From Chiloscyllium plagiosum (Eukaryota): a stretch of 64,000 bases of DNA. The DNA lies in contig NC_057720.1 in assembly GCF_004010195.1 (NCBI RefSeq), positions 4,325,800 to 4,389,799 of the forward strand. The letters are read 5' to 3'. Under the pieces are notes generated by a model. That model saw nothing but the letters and a program-made list of their open reading frames with translations, did no database searches and was not told the DNA's origin. The translations under genes were made by a program, and so were the position numbers. This document shows positions 59,701 to 64,000 of the stretch, in pieces. How positions within the stretch are numbered: position 1 is the stretch's first letter; each line of letters starts with the position of its first letter.

Positions 59701-62502
59701 CAGATTGGTATGAACTTAAAATGCTCAGAGGGCTAGTGCAGGCACAATGGGCTGAATAGCCTTCCACTGCACCACAACAATTCTATGATTCTTCGTGAGT
59801 ACCATGTTGTATGGACAATTCAGACCAGAACTCATCATGTTGTGTGTGCTCTCTATACAATCACTTGGTATGTTATAGATATATCAGCACCATCCACCTT
59901 TGGGAGTAGCTATCCACAGTGCCCATGTGGTCCAGAGTCCTTGTGGAAGACTGCTTGGTTGCCCAATGAGAAAAGACTGTTGTCTTAAATAAGATATAAT
60001 TTATTACAACATATCAATCGGGCAAGGTAAAGTTAAAGCTACCATAGTCCTACCAGACCAGAGGCTGCTGTCTCTTTACAGAGAGAGAGAGAGAGAGATG
60101 ACTGGTAGTAATCTGAGGGTCACTATGCCTCAACTGAGAGGAGAGGTTGAGAAAGAGAATCCCTTATGGGAACCTCAGTCAGTGTAGGAATTGAACTCTT
60201 TACCCTGCAAACCAGCCGTTCAGCCAACTGAGTACAAGTTTTGTGATTATGATCAACATTGTTACAAAGACTATGACCTCCCCTTTATCGTACGGTCAGA
60301 AATGGGGACGTCCGCTGACGATTGCACACTGTTCAGTAGCATTTGAAACTCCTCAGATACCTAAACAGTCTCTGTCCAAATGCAACAATATCCAGGCTCT
60401 GTCTGCCAAGTGGCAATTAACATAGATACCATTAAAATGCCAGGTTATGACCATCTCCAAAAATAGGCAATCTAATCATTGCCCTTTGACATTCAATGAT
60501 ATTACTGTCTGTGAATTCCACACTGTCAACATCCTGGGGTGACAATTGAACAGAAACTGAACTGGGTTTACTGCATAAACTCACTACATTCCGGACTCAC
60601 TACATTCCGGACTCACTACATTCCGGACTCACTACATTCCGGACTCACTACATTCCGGACTCACTACATTCCGGACTCACTACATTCCGGACTCACTACA
60701 TTCCGGACTCACTACATTCCGGACTCACTACATTCCGGACTCACTACATTCCGGACTCACTACATTCCGGACTCACTACATTCCGGACTCACTACATTCC
60801 GGACTCACTACATTCCGGACTCACTACATTCCGGACTCACTACATTCCGGACTCACTACATTCCGGACTCACTACATTCCGGACTCACTACATTCCGGAC
60901 TCACTACATTCCGGACTCACTACATTCCGGACTCACTACATTCCGGACTCACTACATTCCGGACTCACTACATTCCGGACTCACTACATTCCGGACTCAC
61001 TACATTCCGGACTCACTACATTCCGGACTCACTACATTCCGGACTCACTACATAAACTCACTACATTCCGGACTCACTACATNNNNNNNNNNNNNNNNNN
61101 NNNNNNNNNNNNNNNNNNNNNNNNNNNNNNNNNNNNNNNNNNNNNNNNNNNNNNNNNNNNNNNNNNNNNNNNNNNNNNNNNNNNNNNNNNNNNNNNNNNN
61201 NNNNNNNNNNNNNNNNNNNNNNNNNNNNNNNNNNNNNNNNNNNNNNNNNNNNNNNNNNNNNNNNNNNNNNNNNNNNNNNNNNNNNNNNNNNNNNNNNNNN
61301 NNNNNNNNNNNNNNNNNNNNNNNNNNNNNNNNNNNNNNNNNNNNNNNNNNNNNNNNNNNNNNNNNNNNNNNNNNNNNNNNNNNNNNNNNNNNNNNNNNNN
61401 NNNNNNNNNNNNNNNNNNNNNNNNNNNNNNNNNNNNNNNNNNNNNNNNNNNNNNNNNNNNNNNNNNNNNNNNNNNNNNNNNNNNNNNNNNNNNNNNNNNN
61501 NNNNNNNNNNNNNNNNNNNNNNNNNNNNNNNNNNNNNNNNNNNNNNNNNNNNNNNNNNNNNNNNNNNNNNNNNNNNNNNNNNNNNNNNNNNNNNNNNNNN
61601 NNNNNNNNNNNNNNNNNNNNNNNNNNNNNNNNNNNNNNNNNNNNNNNNNNNNNNNNNNNNNNNNNNNNNNNNNNNNNNNNNNNNNNNNNNNNNNNNNNNN
61701 NNNNNNNNNNNNNNNNNNNNNNNNNNNNNNNNNNNNNNNNNNNNNNNNNNNTCCTGAGCTGAAGCCTCACTCTTCGATCTAAACTTCCTTAGACCCTCTT
61801 TGTGGCACGTCTGTGGACTCTTAATTAAGGTTAGAGGAGGAGGGAGGGAGGGAGACCCTACTTTGTAGGACCTGGGGTTTAGAACACACCCACTCTAATA
61901 GTAATCACTTACCTTCCCGACCGGCTTTGCGCTCCGTCTGAATTTCCGCCCAGCGCCCGCCGCTCTCTGTGGACTACTGATGGCCTGAATGACTTCCTCC
62001 TATTCCTTATGGTCTTAATTGCCTATTCCTGATCCTATGGTTCTTATCTTGTTACTGGTTGATGGACACAAATAAAGAAACTACTGTATTAGTACAATAA
62101 CTTCTCCTGACTTTCGGATTTAGCAAGTATGTTCCATAGTCAATGAAATACCTTGGAATGGAGTCACTGTCTCAATGAAGTGCTTTTATTTGCAAATGTC
62201 AAATGTAAAATCATGAGGCAACTCAATTAAACTTATGCATGCTCACAAACAAATTGTTCCTTGTTTGTTTCCTTCTCCACAGTTAGAGGTTTGTTCAGGA
62301 ATTATAGCTGATGAAGATGAGTGTCACGATCAAACACACCGACGAGCCCCAAGGCCCTCAGTGAGCAACACTTGTGCGAGAATGACAACGTTTGGCTTTG
62401 ATGTGTGTCTGGACGCAAAGTCAGCTAGTGCTGTTTACATCCGTCATGGTCCGCTGTACAGGCTGATGGGAGAGCACAAAGCCAGAATTGTAATCAGACC
62501 AG
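5451..62502 (+). CDS. vtg: Vitellogenin gene, partial (18 internal exons, lipovitellin heavy chain region); paralogue not resolved
   Basis: All 18 exons have AG/GT boundaries and compatible phases, total 2863 nt, no in-frame stop. Typical Vtg motifs: [51 protein letters not shown]. Confidence 0.96.
5778..7500 (-). mobile_element. cluster of nested degenerate CR1 3' fragments
   Basis: Several 3' UTR starts (gaagcagga...ggccattcagccc) and ORF 6239..6529. Confidence 0.75.
7701..7862 (+). CDS. vtg: vitellogenin exon (~5), 162 nt
   Basis: ctgcag|GCT...CAG|gtaaac; [54 protein letters not shown] (absent from the ORF track). Confidence 0.96.
7952..8188 (+). mobile_element. PLE family-B fold-back mini-element with decayed hammerhead motifs
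   Basis: Inverted arms ~7952-8040 and ~8064-8150; imperfect TSD ggctagagttt (7941) / ggctaaagttt (8189); core ctgatga at 8079, gaaa at 8105. Confidence 0.8.
8420..8750 (-). mobile_element. second tRNA-derived SINE family (other copies ~24100-24330, ~43820-44140, ~52840-53365)
   Basis: Minus-strand head ggggaggcaatggcctagt..., gggtttgaatc B box; LINE-like tail gggcaataaatgctggcctagccag. Confidence 0.7.
9395..9543 (+). CDS. vtg: vitellogenin exon (~6), 149 nt
   Basis: cttcag|AGC...AG|gttagt; [50 protein letters not shown]. Confidence 0.95.
9572..9963 (+). mobile_element. CR1 RT fragment
   Basis: [13 protein letters not shown]...KFADDTK motifs, starting ~30 nt after the exon donor. Confidence 0.85.
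9975..10158 (-). mobile_element. V-SINE, partial
   Basis: Head plus V-core. Confidence 0.85.
10722..11290 (+). mobile_element. CR1 3' fragment
   Basis: ORF2 C-terminus and 3' UTR ending ggcctactcctgctc. Confidence 0.85.
11425..11575 (+). CDS. vtg: vitellogenin exon (~7), 151 nt
   Basis: ctacag|G...GTG|gtaaat; [50 protein letters not shown]. Confidence 0.94.
11795..13594 (-). mobile_element. Penelope-like retroelement (family A), 5'-truncated, with inverted terminal copy
   Basis: RT C-terminus ([23 protein letters not shown]...SFHPKHIK) and GIY-YIG C-terminus ([12 protein letters not shown]...AEQKL); inverted pLTR 13470-13594; 11-bp TSD tcttaaatgtt at 11784 and 13595; sits in a CR1 3' end. 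Confidence 0.9.
12137..12315. mobile_element. degenerate fold-back PLE-derived mini-element nested in the family-A PLE
   Basis: agcatctgtgaagaaaaaccagagtt ... aactctgactcttcctcacagatgct inverted; similar to the 50577 element. Confidence 0.55.
14054..14192 (+). mobile_element. PLE pLTR remnant with short fold-back
   Basis: ggcagcatcagg ... cctgatgctgcc inverted; tail ttccagcatctgcag shared with 46790 and 50782. Confidence 0.55.
14871..15025 (+). CDS. vtg: vitellogenin exon (~8), 155 nt
   Basis: ttgtag|ATT...AA|gtgagt; [51 protein letters not shown]. Confidence 0.95.
15472..15978 (-). mobile_element. probable non-autonomous retroposon with Rex1/Babar-like tail
   Basis: Minus-strand end tgtgacaataaaggctaattccaattctaattctaa; GC-rich body; similar tail at ~53965. 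Confidence 0.45.
16405..17430 (-). mobile_element. degenerate CR1 fragment
   Basis: [23 protein letters not shown]; 3' UTR. Confidence 0.85.
17759..18004. mobile_element. PLE family-A fold-back mini-element: perfect 117-bp inverted repeat
   Basis: 17766-17882 is the exact reverse complement of 17888-18004; loop tcagg; arms match the pLTR of the 11795 PLE. Confidence 0.92.
17895..17929 (+). ncRNA. minimal hammerhead ribozyme motif (mirror copy on the - strand at 17841-17875)
   Basis: cac-CTGATGA-a-ggag(cgtca)ctcc-GAA-AGCT-A-gtg: 3-bp stem I, 4-bp stem II, palindromic AGCU helix III; predicted cleavage after A17926. Confidence 0.75.
18174..18345 (+). CDS. vtg: vitellogenin exon (~9), 172 nt
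   Basis: ttgtag|C...AGA|gtgagt; [57 protein letters not shown]. Confidence 0.94.
18505..19770 (+). mobile_element. CR1 LINE 3' ~1.3 kb
   Basis: [36 protein letters not shown]; tail cttatagtcttatggtct. Confidence 0.92.
20086..21197 (-). mobile_element. Penelope-like retroelement (family B) with internal inversion and inverted pLTR
   Basis: [36 protein letters not shown] on -; RT C-terminus on + at ~20780-21000; inverted pLTR 21080-21197; 11/12 TSD at 20074 and 21198. Confidence 0.9.
21404..21710 (-). mobile_element. V-SINE (HE1-like)
   Basis: Full head, V-core and (AATCT)n tail. Confidence 0.9.
22258..22625 (-). mobile_element. CR1 3' end
   Basis: (GACTCTAT)n tail and ORF2 C-terminus. Confidence 0.8.
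22744..22869 (+). CDS. vtg: vitellogenin exon (~10), 126 nt
   Basis: ctgtag|GAA...AAG|gtgggc; [42 protein letters not shown]. Confidence 0.95.
22958..23285 (+). mobile_element. CR1 3' end abutting the exon ~11 acceptor
   Basis: [34 protein letters not shown], 3' UTR, tail ttttctttgaactttgttctttgt. Confidence 0.9.
23291..23509 (+). CDS. vtg: vitellogenin exon (~11), 219 nt
   Basis: tcacag|CCG...AAG|gtaaaa; PLHDLL...[26 protein letters not shown]...[18 protein letters not shown]. Confidence 0.96.
24953..25170 (+). CDS. vtg: vitellogenin exon (~12), 218 nt
   Basis: cctcag|GTG...CT|gtaagt; [32 protein letters not shown]...[13 protein letters not shown]. Confidence 0.96.
25268..25365 (+). CDS. 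vtg: vitellogenin exon (~13), 98 nt
   Basis: taacag|T...T|gtaagt; [32 protein letters not shown]. Confidence 0.95.
25440..28600 (-). mobile_element. cluster of degenerate CR1 fragments (RT and endonuclease regions), includes an N gap and a small PLE piece at ~28087-28160
   Basis: Antisense RT motifs at 26776-27144; ORF 27643..28179 (REELARVDW...QQWQEF). Confidence 0.8.
29085..29209 (+). CDS. vtg: vitellogenin exon (~14), 125 nt
   Basis: atgcag|AT...GAG|gtaacg; [42 protein letters not shown]. Confidence 0.93.
29324..29425 (+). CDS. vtg: vitellogenin exon (~15), 102 nt
   Basis: tacacaag|GTC...AAG|gtaaca (uncommon AAG acceptor); [34 protein letters not shown]. Confidence 0.92.
30362..30640 (+). 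mobile_element. CR1 3' end
   Basis: [14 protein letters not shown] and (TTCTTTG)n tail; same subfamily as 22958. Confidence 0.85.
30830..33885 (+). mobile_element. long decayed CR1 retaining ORF1 (esterase-like) and ORF2 remnants
   Basis: ORF1-like [11 protein letters not shown]...[13 protein letters not shown] at 31356; RT remnants 31730-33880; interrupted by a solo LTR. Confidence 0.8.
32085..32740. mobile_element. probable solo LTR
   Basis: TGT...ACA ends, 656 bp, splits the CR1 DFQK|FDK motif; flanks gtat/ggat. Confidence 0.6.
33891..34908 (-). repeat. 3' LTR (contains a V-SINE at ~34280-34596)
   Basis: tgttacgacatg...cttcataaca; direct repeat of 40189-40913. Confidence 0.92.
35326..35558 (-). 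mobile_element. internally deleted young V-SINE within the RNase H region
   Basis: Near-identical to 54329 but lacks part of the V-core. Confidence 0.88.
38740..38910 (-). mobile_element. 5'-truncated young V-SINE within gag
   Basis: Tail and 3' half match 54329. Confidence 0.88.
40189..40913 (-). repeat. 5' LTR
   Basis: tattacgacatg...cttcataaca; PBS-like sequence adjacent at ~40164-40185. Confidence 0.92.
41080..41333 (-). mobile_element. degenerate V-SINE
   Basis: Head and partial V-core. Confidence 0.75.
41571..41690 (+). CDS. vtg: vitellogenin exon (~16), 120 nt
   Basis: tttcag|TTC...CAA|gtaagg; [40 protein letters not shown]. Confidence 0.95.
41775..42317 (-). mobile_element. Penelope-like element (family C) 3' fragment
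   Basis: GIY-YIG C-terminus [10 protein letters not shown]...[20 protein letters not shown]; hammerhead-like ctgatgaagggcttttgcctgaaacat; ~21-bp imperfect TSD at 41753 and 42318. Confidence 0.88.
42378..42567 (+). CDS. vtg: vitellogenin exon (~17), 190 nt
   Basis: tctcag|TCA...G|gtaagg; SVTDAHGK...[34 protein letters not shown]. Confidence 0.94.
42606..43048 (+). mobile_element. CR1 3' end
   Basis: [27 protein letters not shown]; 3' UTR. Confidence 0.88.
43457..43780 (+). mobile_element. V-SINE
   Basis: Head, V-core and tail. Confidence 0.88.
44870..46817 (+). mobile_element. Penelope-like retroelement (family C), RT region, spans an N gap
   Basis: [10 protein letters not shown]...[20 protein letters not shown]...RYIDD...PFLD...YKPTD; inverted pLTR piece 44870-44936; perfect 15-bp TSD taggttaggtgaatt at 44855 and 46818. 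Confidence 0.93.
46690..46721 (+). ncRNA. minimal hammerhead ribozyme motif in PLE 3' pLTR
   Basis: tc-CTGATGA-a-gggc(tttt)gccc-GAA-ACGT-T-ga; the inverted copy at ~44917-44936 has C at the cleavage position. Confidence 0.65.
48453..48788 (+). mobile_element. older V-SINE
   Basis: Diverged head and V-core. Confidence 0.8.
49189..49273 (+). CDS. vtg: vitellogenin exon (~18), 85 nt
   Basis: aaacag|TT...AG|gtaggc; [29 protein letters not shown]; phases match both neighbours. Confidence 0.92.
49433..49618 (+). CDS. vtg: vitellogenin exon (~19), 186 nt
   Basis: tctcag|T...AG|gtaatg; [22 protein letters not shown]...[11 protein letters not shown]...EIMSFR. Confidence 0.95.
49727..49874. repeat. 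minisatellite, 29-bp unit, ~5 copies
   Basis: cagctagaagccctagggtgaRgggtgYa repeated. Confidence 0.92.
50577..50810 (+). mobile_element. PLE-derived fold-back mini-element with two U3-A8 hammerhead motifs
   Basis: Arms 50575-50675 and 50678-50778 (2 mismatches); perfect 16-bp TSD ccagttggtcaacaga at 50561 and 50811; PLE tail ttccagcatctgcag. Confidence 0.9.
50640..50678 (-). ncRNA. minimal hammerhead ribozyme motif, U3-A8 variant (mirror on + at 50675-50713)
   Basis: agtt-TTGACAA-a-gggtc(agtta)gactc-GAA-ACGT-C-agct. Confidence 0.65.
51380..51830 (+). mobile_element. CR1 3' end
   Basis: [11 protein letters not shown]...[13 protein letters not shown]; 3' UTR. Confidence 0.8.
52146..52790 (-). 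mobile_element. CR1 3' end containing a family-C PLE mini-element (~52220-52376)
   Basis: CR1 UTR and ORF2 end; insert has a short inverted arm, a decayed core ctgaagaagggcttatgccc on -, and approximate TSD caggtatc(c)taaat. Confidence 0.8.
52893..53080. mobile_element. PLE family-A fold-back mini-element nested in a SINE head
   Basis: Inverted arms; 13-bp TSD cttcagagaccca at 52880 and 53081; core ttgatga-a-ggag..ctcc-gaaagcta at 53000-53028. Confidence 0.85.
53393..53525 (+). CDS. vtg: vitellogenin exon (~20), 133 nt
   Basis: tcacag|A...GAT|gtaagt; [44 protein letters not shown]. Confidence 0.94.
53602..53918 (+). mobile_element. young full-length V-SINE
   Basis: Head, V-core and (AATCT)n tail. 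Confidence 0.92.
54329..54651 (-). mobile_element. young full-length V-SINE
   Basis: CpG-rich; intact A box (tggcacagtggttagc) and B box (ggttcaattcc); (AATCT)4 tail. Confidence 0.93.
54790..54985 (+). mobile_element. third SINE family (copies on - at ~48890-49010 and ~60025-60235)
   Basis: B box ggttcaattcc followed by the shared ctgaggtt...gaccctcag body. Confidence 0.5.
55394..55920 (-). mobile_element. CR1 3' end
   Basis: [23 protein letters not shown]...FFTQRVV; (GACTCTAT)n tail. Confidence 0.88.
56712..57020 (+). mobile_element. V-SINE
   Basis: Head, V-core and tail. Confidence 0.85.
57150..57870. mobile_element. CR1 3' fragments in both orientations
   Basis: [10 protein letters not shown] on +; 3' end on - with (TTGTCTA)n tail at 57502; (CTCTATGA)n tail at ~57840. 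Confidence 0.75.
60258..60577 (+). mobile_element. non-LTR (CR1/L2-group) RT fragment
   Basis: ADDCTLF motif and NILGV-like downstream sequence; a related piece lies at ~44200-44360. Confidence 0.6.
60578..61082. repeat. homogeneous 16-bp tandem array running into an N gap
   Basis: (actcactacattccgg)n, ~31 copies visible, one interruption at ~61051. Confidence 0.97.
62283..62502 (+). CDS. vtg: vitellogenin exon (~21), 220 nt
   Basis: ccacag|TTA...G|gtacag; LEVCSG...[44 protein letters not shown]. Confidence 0.94.
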
Positions 62503-63019
62503 GTACAGACTTAATAGACTGTAAGTAATAGGAACAGGAGTAGGCTATTTGGCCCATCAAGCCTGTTCACAGGATCATCATACTCTGGCAGTCGCATGTC
62601 CACTTTCCTGCCTTCTTCTCATAACCATCATTGCCTGACTGATCAAACACAAAGAACACAGGAACAGGCCTTTCAGCCCACAATGTTATGCTGAACATGA
62701 TGCCAAATTAAGCTAGTCCCTTCTGCCCTGTCCTTGCTCCATATCCCTCCATTCCTTGTATATTCATGAGATTATCTAAAAGTCTCTTAAACACTCCTAT
62801 TGTATCTGCCTCCGCCACCACCCCAGGCAGCACATTCCACACTCCTACCACTCTCTGTGTAAAGAAAAACCTGCCCCTCACATCTCCTTTGAACTTTCCA
62901 CCCTCACCTTAAATGTATGCCACTTGATTTATACAGTTCAACTCTGACCATCAACCTTACTTTTGGTGTCTTATAATTTTATAAACTTCTATCAAGTCTT
63001 GCCTCAGCCTTTGCTGTTC

Positions 63020-64000
63020 CGTAAGACCATAAGACATAGGAGTGGAAGTATGGCCACTCGGCCCATCGAGTCCACTCTGCCATTTAATCATGGCTGATGG
63101 GCATTTCAACACCACTTACCTGCACTCTCCCCGTAGCTCTCGCGAGATCAAGAATTTATCAATCTCTGCCTTGAAGACATTTAATGTCCTGGCCTCCACT
63201 GCGCTCCATGGCAATTAATTCCATAGGCCCACCACTCTCTGGCTGAAGAGATGTCTCCTCATTTCCATTCTAAATTGGCCCCCTCTAATTATAAGGCTGT
63301 GCCCATGGGTCCAAGTCTTCCCTCCAAACAGAAACAAATTCCTAGTGTCCACCCTTTCTAAACCATGCACTAACTTGTAAATTTCTATTAGATTTCCCCT
63401 CAATCTTCTAAACTCTAATGAATACAATCCCAAGATCATTTGTTAGACTTACCATTCCAGGGATCGTCCGTGTGAATTTCCGCTGGACCCACTCCAGTGC
63501 TAGTATGTCCTTCCTGAGGTGTGGGGCCCAAAATTGGACACAGCACTCCAACTGGGGCCTAACTAGAACTTTATAAAGTCTCAGTAGCACATCGCTACTT
63601 TTATATTCCAACCCTCGAGATAAATTACACCATTACATTTGCTTTCTTAACCACGCACTCAACCTTCAAGTCAACCTTTAGAGAATCGTGGACTAGCACT
63701 CCCAGATCCTTTTGTACTTTGGCATTAAGAATTTTCTCACTGTTTAGAAAATAGTCCATGCCTGTATTCTTTTTTCCAAAGTGCAAGACCTCGCATTTGC
63801 TCTCATTGAATTTCATCAGCCATTTCTTGGACCACTCTCCTAAACTGTCTAAATCTTTCAGCAGCCTCCCCAGCTCCTCAGAACTAACTGCCTGTTCACC
63901 TAACTTTGTATCATCAGCGAACTTTGCCAGAATGTCCCAGTCCCCACATCCAGATCATTAATATATGAAGAGAACAGCTGGGGCTCCAACACTGAACCCT
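63020..64000 (-). mobile_element. CR1 3' ~1 kb, same subfamily as 18505-19770
   Basis: [19 protein letters not shown]...; [10 protein letters not shown]; matching 3' UTR. Confidence 0.92.

Noticed and set aside
57880..60020. unannotated stretch as a hidden exon or ncRNA
   Set aside because: Only scattered degenerate repeat pieces are visible, with no in-phase exon or structure I can support.
60578..61082. CRISPR-like array
   Set aside because: Head-to-tail repeats with no spacers, in a vertebrate intron.
60539..61762. 407-aa ORF of [16 protein letters not shown] repeats
   Set aside because: It is the translation of a stop-free 16-bp array plus Ns, not a gene.

Overview
This is eukaryotic genomic DNA, most likely from a shark (inferred from the V-SINE/HE1-type SINEs and dense CR1 content). 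The window holds the middle of one intact vitellogenin gene on the + strand: 18 GT-AG exons from 5451 to 62502 that splice in phase into 2863 nt (954 codons + 1 nt) of lipovitellin heavy chain with no stop codon. The start and the phosvitin/vWD exons lie outside the window. The introns are packed with nested retroelements: CR1 LINE fragments, tRNA-derived SINEs, a complete but decayed Gmr1-like LTR retrotransposon (integrase upstream of RT, SCAN-like gag) and Penelope-like elements (PLEs) of at least three families. The most interesting layer is non-coding. The PLE terminal repeats carry minimal hammerhead ribozyme motifs. Several 190-250 bp fold-back mini-elements, most flanked by target-site duplications (TSDs), consist of little more than two inverted ribozyme-bearing arms. 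One is a perfect 117-bp hairpin, and another has a compensatory U3-A8 catalytic core on both strands. TE boundaries were read by eye and are approximate unless a TSD or LTR end is quoted. Exon numbers assume the usual vertebrate vtg layout.
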